Assembly (NCBI GenBank): GCA_963846545.1
Contig: CAWJWG010000001.1
Span: 2,890,055 to 2,954,054 of the forward strand
Length of the DNA: 64,000 bases
Direction: 5' to 3'
From: an uncultured Gemmatimonadales bacterium
Lineage (GTDB): Bacteria; Gemmatimonadota; Gemmatimonadetes; Gemmatimonadales; GWC2-71-9
In this document: piece by piece, positions 53,722 to 62,661 of the stretch
Position numbering within the stretch: the first letter of the stretch is position 1
Layout: each line of letters starts with the position of its first letter
Program-made: the position numbers and the translations under genes
The notes under the pieces: model-generated
Databases searched by the model: none
The model's input: the letters and a program-made list of their open reading frames with translations, nothing else
What the model was told of the DNA's origin: nothing

Positions 53722-54507
53722 CTACTTGCCCAGTCGAGCGCGATAGAACTCCAGAATGCGCGTCCAGGCCCGCTCGGGCTGGGGCCCGTCGTTCCCTTCC
53801 CTGCCCGGCTTGAGGAACCCGTGGCCGGTGCCGGGAAAGATCTCCTGAGCGAACGTCTTGCCCTGCTGCTGCATGGCCGCGTTCACCTCGGGGAGCGAGG
53901 CGTTGATCCGCGCGTCGTTCTCGCCGTAGATGCCGAGCACCGGCGACTTGATGCGGCGGAACGCCGCCGTATCGGGCGCGGGCCCGTAGCACACCACGGT
54001 CGCCTTGAGCTTCGGATTGTTGGTCGCGTAGCGGAAGCTCTGCCCACCACCCCAGCAGAAGCCGATCGTCCCGATGTCGCCCTTCCGGACGGCGGCCAGC
54101 GAGTTCAGGTAGCCGTAGGTGGCATCGAGATCTGCGGTTACCCGCTCGGGCTCGAGCTCACCGATCAGCTTGCGGCCTTCGTCATCGTTGGAGGGTGACT
54201 TGCCGTGCTTCGACGACAGGAGATCGGGCACGATCGCGACGAACCCCGCCTTGGCCAGCCGGTCCACCACCGTGGGCTCCCAGTCGGTGAGACCGAAGAT
54301 CTCGTGGATGACGATCACACCGGCGGCCTTGTCCTTCCGCTCGGGGTAGGCCACGTAGGCGCGGATCGACTCCTTGCCATGCTTGATCGTCACCCATTCG
54401 CCGTGCGTGGTGGGCACCGGCGGCTCCATGCGCCGGACTGCACCGGCCCCGGCGGCGCCGATCAGCATGGCGCCGGCCGCGATGGCCAGATACGAGGGTC
54501 CGTTCAT
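53722..54507 (-). CDS. Dienelactone hydrolase family protein
   Basis: ORF track, 261 aa. VIVIHEIFGL, nucleophile GFCWGG, and C-terminal GTGHGF. Confidence 0.85.
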   Translation of the reverse strand: MNGPSYLAIAAGAMLIGAAGAGAVRRMEPPVPTTHGEWVTIKHGKESIRAYVAYPERKDKAAGVIVIHEIFGLTDWEPTVVDRLAKAGFVAIVPDLLSSKHGKSPSNDDEGRKLIGELEPERVTADLDATYGYLNSLAAVRKGDIGTIGFCWGGGQSFRYATNNPKLKATVVCYGPAPDTAAFRRIKSPVLGIYGENDARINASLPEVNAAMQQQGKTFAQEIFPGTGHGFLKPGREGNDGPQPERAWTRILEFYRARLGK

Positions 54508-55472
54508 GGCGTGAGATCCACGAACTCGACCCGGTTCTCGGTCAGGAGCGGAACCGCGACCCGATTCCGCTCGCGGTCCAGCGCGATGTCCGCGGCACCG
54601 GGAAGCCCGCCCACCAGCTTGGTGATCTTGTCACCGTCGAGCATGAAGAGGCTCGAGTCGGTCCAGGTCGACACCACGAACCGGCCGCCCTCGATCGCTT
54701 CGATGCCGTCCATCATGCCGGGGCCCTCCGCGAACACGGTCGCCGCCGAGTCGCCCGGGGCCCAGTGATAGATGGATTTTCCCTGGAAGGACAGGATCAC
54801 GAACTTCGAGGCGGTGGAGTCCCACGTGAGCCCGTTGGGGCCCGGCTTGTCCTTGAACTCCAGCGCGACGGTGGCCTTGCTGCCCTCCAACCGGAAGACG
54901 CGGTCCGGCCCCGGATGATCCATCCCGCCCTTGCCGTCATCCGCGACACCGGTGTCGGTCAAGTAGATCGCGCCGTCCGGTCCGACCGCGGCGTCGTTCA
55001 GGAACTTGGCCTTGCCCACCATGCTCACCGAGCGGATCGGCTTTCCGGTCCGCTTGTTGAACACGCGGACCGCGTCGATGTCCGCCACCCAGAGCGTATC
55101 GCCCTTGATCGCGAGACCCTTGGGCGAGTCGAGCTTGACGCCGCCCCGGCCGCCCGCGATGAACTTGAGCGAGTCCACCTTGCCGTCGCGCGTGACCCGG
55201 CTGATGTAACCGTTGCCGTCCTTCCCTGTCGGGCTGCCGTTGACGTTGGAGACGAAGTACACACCGAGGTCGGCGTCGTACCGCGCGGCCTCGGGCGCGT
55301 CGAGGCTGTCCAGCGTGAGCGCGATCCTGGCCGTCGGTGCGCCGTCCAGGGCCGGCGTCGTGTCCGCCGCCCCGGCCGCCCGTCCCGCGTCGCGTCCCCC
55401 GCCGCCGCACGCCGGCAGGACCGCCGCCGCGCCGAGCCACGCTACCGTGCCCGCCCTCATCCACTCTCGCAT
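54504..55472 (-). CDS. Beta-propeller lipoprotein (SMP-30/gluconolactonase/NHL-like)
   Basis: ORF track, 322 aa. Lipobox VLPACGG and repeated propeller blades (GVYFVSNVNG, LWVADIDAVRVF, AIYLTDTGV). Confidence 0.6.
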   Translation of the reverse strand: MREWMRAGTVAWLGAAAVLPACGGGGRDAGRAAGAADTTPALDGAPTARIALTLDSLDAPEAARYDADLGVYFVSNVNGSPTGKDGNGYISRVTRDGKVDSLKFIAGGRGGVKLDSPKGLAIKGDTLWVADIDAVRVFNKRTGKPIRSVSMVGKAKFLNDAAVGPDGAIYLTDTGVADDGKGGMDHPGPDRVFRLEGSKATVALEFKDKPGPNGLTWDSTASKFVILSFQGKSIYHWAPGDSAATVFAEGPGMMDGIEAIEGGRFVVSTWTDSSLFMLDGDKITKLVGGLPGAADIALDRERNRVAVPLLTENRVEFVDLTP

Positions 55473-55496
55473 GCCCCCGCCTCCGCTGTTGATGGT

Positions 55497-56465
55497 CTAT
55501 TCGTCCGGCGCTCCGCCGGTGCGCGCCACCTGATCCGCCCGAATCTTGGCCGGATCGAAGCGCTCGGCACCGGCGAGCATTTTGTCGATGGTCTCGTCGA
55601 AATCGGCCTTGGCCCCCCGCTTGAACCGGAGCGGGTTGACGCGGGCGACGACGAATGCCCGAAGATAGGGGCTCTCGAAGCCCTTCGCCTTGAGGGCGGC
55701 CACGGCCCCGGTCACCGCCTCGTCCAGTGCCAGCACCTTCGCCGCCCGCTCCTGCCGGAGGACCAGCGCCTTCGACAGCGGGGCGGAGAGGAACTGCTCC
55801 ACCCGCTTCAGCACCGGGTGGTAGGCCCCGCCGGCGAAGCGGCCGTTCTCCTGGTAGCAGAGGCCGATGGTGAGCAGCGCCGGCTCCTCGAACTCGCTCT
55901 CGAACGACTTCTCCGGCCGATCGTCCAGCTCGGCGAGATTCTGGGCCAGGCGGATCACCTCCAGGGCGCGCTCCCTGAGGTTGTGGGCCTTTTCGGTGTT
56001 GAGCAGCAGGATCCGGTGCGCCACCTCGATCTCCGGCACCACGATGGCCACCACGGCCCGCGCGCCCAGCGCCCGGAGGGCGGCCAGCCGGTGATTGCCA
56101 TTGGGCGTCCAGTAGGCGCCGTCGTCGGTGCGCACGGCCACGATCGGATCGAGATAGCGGCCCAGCTTGTCGATCGCGGCCGTGAGCCGGGTGACGTGGG
56201 CGGCCGAGAGATCCCGCTGATAGGGCGTGGGCTCGACCCGCTCGACCGGGAGGCCGGCGAGGATCTGCCAGCTCCCGCCCAGCGGGTCGCGGTAGGTCGC
56301 CAGGACGCTCCCGCCGTCGGTCTCGATCGACTCGGCCAGGCGGGCGACGGCCGCGGGCGGCGCGCCGCTCGCGAGCGCGTCGGCTTCCATCCCGCGCGAG
56401 CGGGGGGCTGCCGCCGCCTTCTTCCGGCTCTGGCGGGGTTTCTTCGCGGTCTTCGCTTCGGCCAT
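55497..56465 (-). CDS. ParB/Sulfiredoxin-domain protein with Lys/Arg-rich N-terminal tail
   Basis: ORF track, 322 aa. PTPYQRDLSAAHVTRLTAAI...NGNHRLAALRALG is a ParB N-terminal (Srx) fold motif. No obvious ParB HTH or dimerisation region. Confidence 0.7.
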   Translation of the reverse strand: MAEAKTAKKPRQSRKKAAAAPRSRGMEADALASGAPPAAVARLAESIETDGGSVLATYRDPLGGSWQILAGLPVERVEPTPYQRDLSAAHVTRLTAAIDKLGRYLDPIVAVRTDDGAYWTPNGNHRLAALRALGARAVVAIVVPEIEVAHRILLLNTEKAHNLRERALEVIRLAQNLAELDDRPEKSFESEFEEPALLTIGLCYQENGRFAGGAYHPVLKRVEQFLSAPLSKALVLRQERAAKVLALDEAVTGAVAALKAKGFESPYLRAFVVARVNPLRFKRGAKADFDETIDKMLAGAERFDPAKIRADQVARTGGAPDE

Positions 56466-56645
56466 GCCGCACCTCGCTTCCCAGGGCGTACGGCGTCCCG
56501 TCTGATACGTAATCCCGATGGCGGACGGGCGGAACCCGGGGACGGGACCGGTTGCGCCGAGCGGCCGGCCGTGTAGTATCGCTCGCTGAGCCCGCGATGC
56601 GGACCTCCCCGGATTTCACGCAGCGCCACGACCATAGGGCGGAAG

Positions 56646-57122
56646 ATGTTCGATCTCGAGTTGCTCGGTGGCCCCGAGGGCGCCGATGAACGTCTCTTCA
56701 TCTGGGGCCGCATCAAGCTGGGCGCGTTCCAGGACGAGTTTCAGGTGCCGTTGTACGACTGGGCGCCGGGCGACTATGTGGCCCAGTGGCTCGCCGCCGC
56801 GGAGCGGCTGGTGGCGGGAGACCCGCTGGTGGTGTTCCTGACCCACATGGTGCACCCCACGGCGCCCTACCACATGGGATGGCCCGCCTGGCGCGAGGGC
56901 GACAGGGTGCTGGTCCAGGAGCGCCTCTTCGTCGCCGAACAGCTCAAGGAGCCGTTCGATCCGGACCATCCCGAGCTCCACGTCGGTCCTCGGCAGGAGA
57001 TCTCGGACGAAGGCCTCCGCATCTCGCAGTGGGCGGTGTCGCTCGCCGATGTCGCGGCGTTCCTCGACCGGGCGCGCCGGTCGAGCGTCCCCGCAGAGCC
57101 CCCCGACAGAGGATCCCGATGA
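56646..57122 (+). CDS. Hypothetical protein; pattern reminiscent of CdiI-type immunity proteins (unverified)
   Basis: ORF track, 158 aa. LGAFQDEFQVPLYDWAPGDYVAQWLAAAERLVAG...MGWPAWREGDRVLVQERLFV. The stop overlaps the next gene's ATG (ATGA). Confidence 0.55.
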   Translation: MFDLELLGGPEGADERLFIWGRIKLGAFQDEFQVPLYDWAPGDYVAQWLAAAERLVAGDPLVVFLTHMVHPTAPYHMGWPAWREGDRVLVQERLFVAEQLKEPFDPDHPELHVGPRQEISDEGLRISQWAVSLADVAAFLDRARRSSVPAEPPDRGSR

Positions 57123-57763
57123 CGCAGAAGCTGCGCGACACCAGGTACGCCCGGGAGCTCGCCAACGCGAAGCTGCCATCGGGTCCCGGGCGCAAGTCGT
57201 TCGTGGCGATCGAGCGGATTCACGTGAAGCAGCTGGATCAGGTGGAGATCCGCTTCTCCTCCTGGGAAGGGACCAAAATGCTCCCCCGGCCGCTCGACCT
57301 GCCCGAGGCGGAGCTGCTGCCGCTGCTGGAGGCCGCGCTGCGCGGCGGGGTGTTTTCGGACGGGTTCACCGAGGGACTCCGTGGCGTCCTGGTCGCGATG
57401 GCTCCTGTCCCGGTTGCCGCGCCGGTGACGGCCGCCGCACCGGCCCCACCGGGTCCCCCGGTGTCCTCGGATCTCGAAAAGATCCAGACACACCTGCACG
57501 ACCTGATCCGCACCCGGGCCGGTGACGGGCTGGGCGCGCAGGCGTCGAGCCTTCCCATCCTCGCCGCGGGGGAAGGCACGGAGGACCATCCCGTCTGGTA
57601 CGCGGTGGACGGCATGGACGGCGGCTTCAAGTACTGGTGGGACGCCGCTTCGTCCCGACTCCGGCTCATGAGCGAGAGCTACTCAGCCCGGGTCGAAGGG
57701 TCGGGCCAGCTGCACGAGATTACCCCGGCCGGCGCGCATCTCCTCGGAGAGGGCTTCGTCTGA
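57119..57763 (+). CDS. Hypothetical two-domain protein with Pro/Ala linker
   Basis: Tail of ORF 56786..57763 from ATG 57119 (MTQKLRDTRYAREL...). A ~95-aa N-terminal domain, the linker APVPVAAPVTAAAPAPPGPP, and a ~95-aa C-terminal domain ending SGQLHEITPAGAHLLGEGFV. The stop is 1 nt before the gltS ATG. Confidence 0.55.
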   Translation: MTQKLRDTRYARELANAKLPSGPGRKSFVAIERIHVKQLDQVEIRFSSWEGTKMLPRPLDLPEAELLPLLEAALRGGVFSDGFTEGLRGVLVAMAPVPVAAPVTAAAPAPPGPPVSSDLEKIQTHLHDLIRTRAGDGLGAQASSLPILAAGEGTEDHPVWYAVDGMDGGFKYWWDAASSRLRLMSESYSARVEGSGQLHEITPAGAHLLGEGFV

Positions 57764-57764
57764 T

Positions 57765-58964
57765 ATGCTGTCGCTCAAGCTGGACCTGCTGCAGACCCTG
57801 AGCCTCGCCGCGCTCCTCTACTTCGTCGGCCTCAAGATCCGGCAGCGGATCGCCTGGCTCGACCGGCTCAACATTCCGGCGGCCGTGGTGGGCGGATTGC
57901 TGTTCGCGCTCCTGGTGCTCCTGGGCCGGGACCGGTTCCTGAGCGTCCAGCTCGATACCTCCGCCCAGACCCTGCTCAGCGTCGCCTTCTTCAGCACGAT
58001 CGGCATGGGCGCGAGTGTCGCCTTACTGCGGGCCGGCGGGCTCCAGGTGGTGATCTTCCTGGTCTTCGCCACCCTCTTCTGCTTCGTGCAGAACTTCCTC
58101 GGCATGGCCATCGCGCGAGGCTTCGGCGAGCACCCCCTGCTGGGAGTCATGGCCGGGTCGGTCACCCTGGTCGGCGGGCCCGCGACCGGGCTCGCCTTCG
58201 CGCCGCTGCTCGAGAGCGCCGGCCTGGTGGGGGCCGGCACGCTCGCCCTGACGGCGGCCACGTTCGGCATCATCTCCGGGGGACTCACCGGTACGCCGAT
58301 CGGCACCTGGCTCATCCGGAGGCACCGGCTGACCCCCACCGGCATCGGGGGCGCCGGCACGGAGGACCTGAAGCCGGTGCCCTTGATCGTGGAGTCCGAC
58401 CGGGAGGACGCTCCACTCATCCTCAACATGATCCTCCTCGCCGTGGCGATGGGCATCGGCAGCATCCTGAGCGCGGGGTTCACGCGCCTGGAGTGGACGC
58501 TGCCGGCGTACATCGGGGCGATGATCGTCGCGTCGCTGCTCCGGAACCTGGACGATGCCACCGGGTGGTTCCGCATCGACCCGGCGGCAATGGATTTCGT
58601 CGGCGGTTTCGCGCTCAACATCTTCCTGGTCGTGGCGCTGATGGATCTGAAGCTCTGGCAGCTGGCTGGACAGGCGCTGCCGCTGTTCGTCATCCTCGCG
58701 GCCCAGGTCACCGTCATCGGGGTGTTCGCCCTCACCGCGTCCTTCCGGCTCATGGGACGTGACTACGACTCGGCCGTGATGGCGAGTGGGTTCGTGGGCT
58801 TCGCGCTCGGCACCACCGCGAACGCGGTCGTGAACATGCGGGCGCTGGTGACGAAATACGGGCCCGCGCCCCGGGCGTTCCTCGTGGTGCCGCTCGTCGG
58901 GGCGTTCTTCATCGACTTCGTGAACGCGATCATAATTACGTTCTTCGTAAACATGATGAGATAG
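57765..58964 (+). CDS. gltS: Sodium/glutamate symporter
   Basis: ORF track, 399 aa. MLSLKLDLLQTLSLAALLYFVGLKIRQRIAWLDRLNIPAAVVGGLLFAL is a typical GltS N-terminus. ~10-12 TM segments. Confidence 0.85.
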   Translation: MLSLKLDLLQTLSLAALLYFVGLKIRQRIAWLDRLNIPAAVVGGLLFALLVLLGRDRFLSVQLDTSAQTLLSVAFFSTIGMGASVALLRAGGLQVVIFLVFATLFCFVQNFLGMAIARGFGEHPLLGVMAGSVTLVGGPATGLAFAPLLESAGLVGAGTLALTAATFGIISGGLTGTPIGTWLIRRHRLTPTGIGGAGTEDLKPVPLIVESDREDAPLILNMILLAVAMGIGSILSAGFTRLEWTLPAYIGAMIVASLLRNLDDATGWFRIDPAAMDFVGGFALNIFLVVALMDLKLWQLAGQALPLFVILAAQVTVIGVFALTASFRLMGRDYDSAVMASGFVGFALGTTANAVVNMRALVTKYGPAPRAFLVVPLVGAFFIDFVNAIIITFFVNMMR

Positions 58965-59120
58965 CTATGAGCTGTGAGCTATGAGCTGTGAGTGAGCTAT
59001 GAGCTATGAGGGGCATGTAGATCGGGGCTCGTCGCTTCGGCCCACGGTTCTTGCTTCTAGCTCATAGCTTCTAGCTCATAGCTTCTAGCTTATAGCTCAT
59101 AGCTCATAGCTCATAGCTCA
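58962..59120. repeat. Inverted tandem-heptamer array, locus 3 (largest): ~7 x GAGCTRT, 47-nt spacer, 9 x TAGCTYA
   Basis: Left arm TAGCTAT GAGCTGT GAGCTAT GAGCTGT GAGT GAGCTAT GAGCTAT GAG (58962-59010). Spacer 59011-59057. Right arm TAGCTCA TAGCTTC TAGCTCA TAGCTTC TAGCTTA TAGCTCA x4 (59058-59120). The gltS stop TAG (58962-58964) is the first triplet of the array. Confidence 0.9.
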
Positions 59121-59147
59121 CAGCGCACAGCCCCCACGGAACTCCAA

Positions 59148-59432
59148 ATGCCCACCATCTGCGCTCACATCCCCACCACCCCTCATAGCGCCCGAGCCGC
59201 GGGCTGTGAAGAATGTCTGGCCAGCGGCGGACGCTGGCTTCATCTCCGCCTCTGCATGAGCTGCGGCCATGTCGGCTGCTGCGACGACTCGCCCAGCCGG
59301 CACGCCTCGGGCCACTTCCACTCGAGCGGGCATCCGGTGATCCAGTCCTTCGAGCCGGGCGAGGATTGGGGCTGGTGTTACGTGGATCAGCGCATGCTCG
59401 GGCCGTTCCCGCCCGCGCCCCGCCCGTCCTGA
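59148..59432 (+). CDS. UBP-type zinc-finger domain protein
   Basis: ORF track, 94 aa. C/H-rich: CEECLASGGRWLHLRLCMSCGHVGCCDDSPSRHASGHFHSSGHP. Confidence 0.8.
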   Translation: MPTICAHIPTTPHSARAAGCEECLASGGRWLHLRLCMSCGHVGCCDDSPSRHASGHFHSSGHPVIQSFEPGEDWGWCYVDQRMLGPFPPAPRPS

Positions 59433-60349
59433 CCGCAGGCGCGGACCTCCGCTCCATCCGCATCGTCCTCGCGACCTGCCAGGCGAAGCCGTCACTCACC
59501 GCCAGCGACGCGCTGCTGGCGGGGGAGCTCGAGCGCTCAGGGGCAGAGGTGGTCGCGGGTCCATGGGACACGATCGCGCCCAAGGACGTGGAGGGCGCGG
59601 TGGTCTGTCTCCGCTCGACCTGGGACTACCATCGGCGGTGGTCCGAGTTCCGCGCCTGGATCGGCGGTCTCGCCGGGCGCCGCGCAGGGCTCTGGAACCC
59701 GGCCGAGACCGTGCTCTGGAACGCGGACAAGCAGTATCTGCGCGACCTGGGCGAGGCGGGGATCGCCCTGCCTCGCACGCGCTGGTTCGAGCCGGGCGAT
59801 CGGCCGGACTGTGCGGCCATCCTCGACGAATGGGGTGTGACGCGCGCCGTGCTCAAGCCGCGCGTGTCGGCGACCGCGTTCGGGACCTACCGGCTCGAGG
59901 CCGGCCACGTGTTGACGGAGGATGAATGGAAGCCGCTGGAGGGATCGGGCGGACTGGTGCAGGCGTTCGTGCCCGAGGTGGAAAGCGCCGGTGAGATCTC
60001 CCTGATCTATCTCGGCGGCGGATTCACCCATGCGGTGCTGAAGCGGCCCGCGCCGGGGGACTTCCGGGTGCAGACGGATTTCGGAGGGACGCTCGCGCCG
60101 ATGGCGCCTGGCCCGTCCGTACAGGCATTCGGGGATCGGGTGCTGGCGGCGGTCACCCGCCCGTGGCTCTATGCGCGGGTGGACCTGATCGATGCGGTGG
60201 GCGGTCCGGTGTTGATGGAGCTGGAGCTGATCGAGCCCGACCTGTTCCTCACCCCGGACGCAGCCGGCCGAATGGCCGCCGCCCTGCTCGCTCGCGCGGG
60301 CGGGGCGACGGCCTCGGATGCCGGGAGTGACCGAGGAGCTAGACCGTAG
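59429..60349 (+). CDS. ATP-grasp family protein (RimK/glutathione-synthetase-like fold)
   Basis: C-terminal ~306 codons of ORF 59213..60349. IRIVLATC..., DKQYLRDL, VLKPRVSATAFG, EISLIYLGG and ELELIEPDLF. The start is unresolved: CTG at 59429, or GTG at 59375 overlapping the zf-UBP gene. Confidence 0.65.
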   Translation: MTAGADLRSIRIVLATCQAKPSLTASDALLAGELERSGAEVVAGPWDTIAPKDVEGAVVCLRSTWDYHRRWSEFRAWIGGLAGRRAGLWNPAETVLWNADKQYLRDLGEAGIALPRTRWFEPGDRPDCAAILDEWGVTRAVLKPRVSATAFGTYRLEAGHVLTEDEWKPLEGSGGLVQAFVPEVESAGEISLIYLGGGFTHAVLKRPAPGDFRVQTDFGGTLAPMAPGPSVQAFGDRVLAAVTRPWLYARVDLIDAVGGPVLMELELIEPDLFLTPDAAGRMAAALLARAGGATASDAGSDRGARP

Positions 60350-60869
60350 CGGGCGGCCGGCGCGCCAGCAGGTTGCCTACCCCACCGACGATCCCCACCG
60401 CGATCGCCACCAGTGCCACCGCCGGGGTCCACAGGGCCTCGAGGCCCAGGGCCGCGTCCAGCGAGAAGGCGCCCGGCCCGGTCAGCGCGAGCGCGAGCGC
60501 GCCGGTCCCGAACAGGAGCGGCACCTCGATGCCGTTCGAGGTCGCGAACACGCCGTGCTTCCAGTGCACGCTCAGCGCGGCGACGATCATCACCGAGAGC
60601 ATGAGCGCGGGGCCCACCGGTCCGAGGAAGCCGAGCGTCACGAGCAGTCCACCAACGATCTCGGTGACCGCGGCGGCGGCGGCGAACACGCGACCCGGCC
60701 GGAAGCCGATGGACTCGAAGAAGCCCGCGGTGCCGGTGAGACCGTGACCCCCGAACCAGCCGAAGAGCTTCTGGGAGCCGTGGGCGGCCAGGAGGAGACC
60801 GAGGACCAGGCGGGCGACCAGGAGGCCCACACTGAGCGCGGTGAAGTCGGTGAAGCTGATTGCGGACAT
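60339..60869 (-). CDS. DoxX-family membrane protein
   Basis: ORF track, 176 aa. RLVLGLLLAAHGSQKLFGWFGGHGL and four TM helices. Confidence 0.85.
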   Translation of the reverse strand: MSAISFTDFTALSVGLLVARLVLGLLLAAHGSQKLFGWFGGHGLTGTAGFFESIGFRPGRVFAAAAAVTEIVGGLLVTLGFLGPVGPALMLSVMIVAALSVHWKHGVFATSNGIEVPLLFGTGALALALTGPGAFSLDAALGLEALWTPAVALVAIAVGIVGGVGNLLARRPPATV

Positions 60870-60947
60870 GGTGGATCTCCGAGGTAGATGTTATAACGCC
60901 TATTGGCATAACACCCACCTCCCGGGAAGGTTCCCGGGGCCGCCCGG

Positions 60948-62015
60948 TCAGAACCCGATCTTGAGGATCCGCCCCTCGGTTCCCACCAGCCAGCCGTCCG
61001 CCGGGCTCGCGAAGGCCACCGCCCAGTAGTCCTTCGCCTCCGGAAGGAGCGACCAGCGCCCGCCCTCGTCGGCCGACCAGGCCGCACCGCTCGGCCCGGT
61101 GGCCACCACGGTCCGGCTCCCGCCTCCGGCGTACGCCAGCCCGTAGATCCCGCCGGGAAACGGGGTCCTGCCTCCCAGGCGCCAGCTGCGCCCGCCGTCG
61201 TCCGATCGCGCGACGTTGTCGGCGAACGAGTCGGGGACGGCGATGTTCCCCCCACCGAGGATCCCGTGCAGGGTGTCCCGGAACGCCACGCTCGAGCCGC
61301 CCGTGGTGGAGGTGCCCTGCACCACGGGAGTCGGGTATGCCTCCCACCGCTCGCCGCCGTCGGTGGTGGCCAGAATCCGGGACGCGGGGCCGGCGCCGGT
61401 CACGATCCAGCCGTGGCGATCTCCCAGGGCCGCGGTGCAGGTGCCGCTGGCCGCGAAGGCCCCCTCACCCGCCTGCGCCGCCGGCAGGCGGTCGCCGATG
61501 TCGTGCCAGCGCTGCCCGTCCGCGGTGGCGACGACCGGGAAGCGCCCGGCGACTCCGTCGCTCATGGCGAAACCGCGCCGGTCGGTCCAGAAGGCGAAGC
61601 AGTCGTAGAAGGCCGTGGTGTCGCGGTTGGTGAACTGGAGCGACCAGGTCCGGCCGCCGTCGTCGGTCCGGTAGATGCGAGATCGGTCGCCGGGGCCGGC
61701 GGCCAGCAGGTACGCCACCCGCTCGCTCACCGCCTCGACGTCGCGGAACTCGAGGCTGTCGGCGCCGGGCACGACGCCCGCACGCCAGCTCTGTCCGCCG
61801 TCCACCGTGACGGCGTAGGTCCCGCCCACTCCACTCACCCACACGATCCGGTCGTCCACCGGACTCACGGCCTGCAGCCTGTTGGTGGTGCCGCTCTGTT
61901 GTGGAGTGAGCACGGGCGCGCGGAGCTCGGCGGCCGTATCGGCGGGCCGGCCGGTGCCTTGGCTGCAGCCCCCCGCCGTGAAGGCGAGGCCGAGCACGAG
62001 GGTCGGGAGTCTCAT
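60948..62015 (-). CDS. BNR/Asp-box repeat beta-propeller lipoprotein (Ycf48-like)
   Basis: ORF track, 355 aa. Lipobox FTAGGCS and repeated Asp-box-like motifs (TVDGGQSW, TDDGGRTW, TTDGGERW, SDDGGRSW, ADEGGRW). Confidence 0.75.
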   Translation of the reverse strand: MRLPTLVLGLAFTAGGCSQGTGRPADTAAELRAPVLTPQQSGTTNRLQAVSPVDDRIVWVSGVGGTYAVTVDGGQSWRAGVVPGADSLEFRDVEAVSERVAYLLAAGPGDRSRIYRTDDGGRTWSLQFTNRDTTAFYDCFAFWTDRRGFAMSDGVAGRFPVVATADGQRWHDIGDRLPAAQAGEGAFAASGTCTAALGDRHGWIVTGAGPASRILATTDGGERWEAYPTPVVQGTSTTGGSSVAFRDTLHGILGGGNIAVPDSFADNVARSDDGGRSWRLGGRTPFPGGIYGLAYAGGGSRTVVATGPSGAAWSADEGGRWSLLPEAKDYWAVAFASPADGWLVGTEGRILKIGF

Positions 62016-62055
62016 GCCGCCAAGCTACGCCCGACCCCGCGCTCGCACGAGCCCC

Positions 62056-62649
62056 CTACCAAGTGGTGACGCCGACCCCATGCTGCGCCAGCGCCGTTTC
62101 ATCCGGCGAGCGCTTCCAGTCCACCGGCCCGACCTCGTACCGGTAGTGCAGCATGGACAGCACGTACTTCCAGGCTCCGGTGAAGTAGCGGTACGTCTCG
62201 TCCCACTCGCCTCCGCGGCCCCAGCCGGTCTGCTCGAACCAGACCCTGGTGCGGTCGGCGCCCAGCCGCTCGAGTCGCACGACGACGCTGGTCCGCTGCC
62301 GCCGGGCCTCGGGAAACTTGGGCGGCGCATCCCAGGTGAACGACAGCATCTCCGGCGCCTGCAGCGCCAGCAGCAGATTCCCCTCGGCGCCCCGCTCGCC
62401 CGGCGCGCCGTCGGGGTTAAAGAGGATCTCGTACGCGCCCAGTGGACGGAGCTCGATGTGGCTGCCGGGGGCGAACCACTCCCGGATGCGATCGCCCTCG
62501 GTCCAGGCGGACCAGACGACGTCGATCGGCGCGGCCACATCCACCCGGTAGCGGAGGGCGCGGCCGGGGCTCTCGTCGAGCGCGGCGGGAGACGGAGTGT
62601 CGACAGACGAGACGGTGGTGGCGAGCAGCAGCAGGATACTGGTCAGCAT
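62056..62649 (-). CDS. SRPBCC/AHSA1-domain protein with signal peptide
   Basis: ORF track, 197 aa. VDVAAPIDVVWSAWTEGDRIREWF... is typical of the Aha1/START-like fold. Confidence 0.75.
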   Translation of the reverse strand: MLTSILLLLATTVSSVDTPSPAALDESPGRALRYRVDVAAPIDVVWSAWTEGDRIREWFAPGSHIELRPLGAYEILFNPDGAPGERGAEGNLLLALQAPEMLSFTWDAPPKFPEARRQRTSVVVRLERLGADRTRVWFEQTGWGRGGEWDETYRYFTGAWKYVLSMLHYRYEVGPVDWKRSPDETALAQHGVGVTTW

Positions 62650-62661
62650 GGCTTCCTCCGG

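Noticed and set aside
58962-59120. CRISPR array interpretation of the heptamer repeats (also at 1287-1377 and 32589-32688)
   Set aside because: The units are only 7 nt and directly abut each other with no spacers. The two halves are inverted. No cas genes are present in the window.
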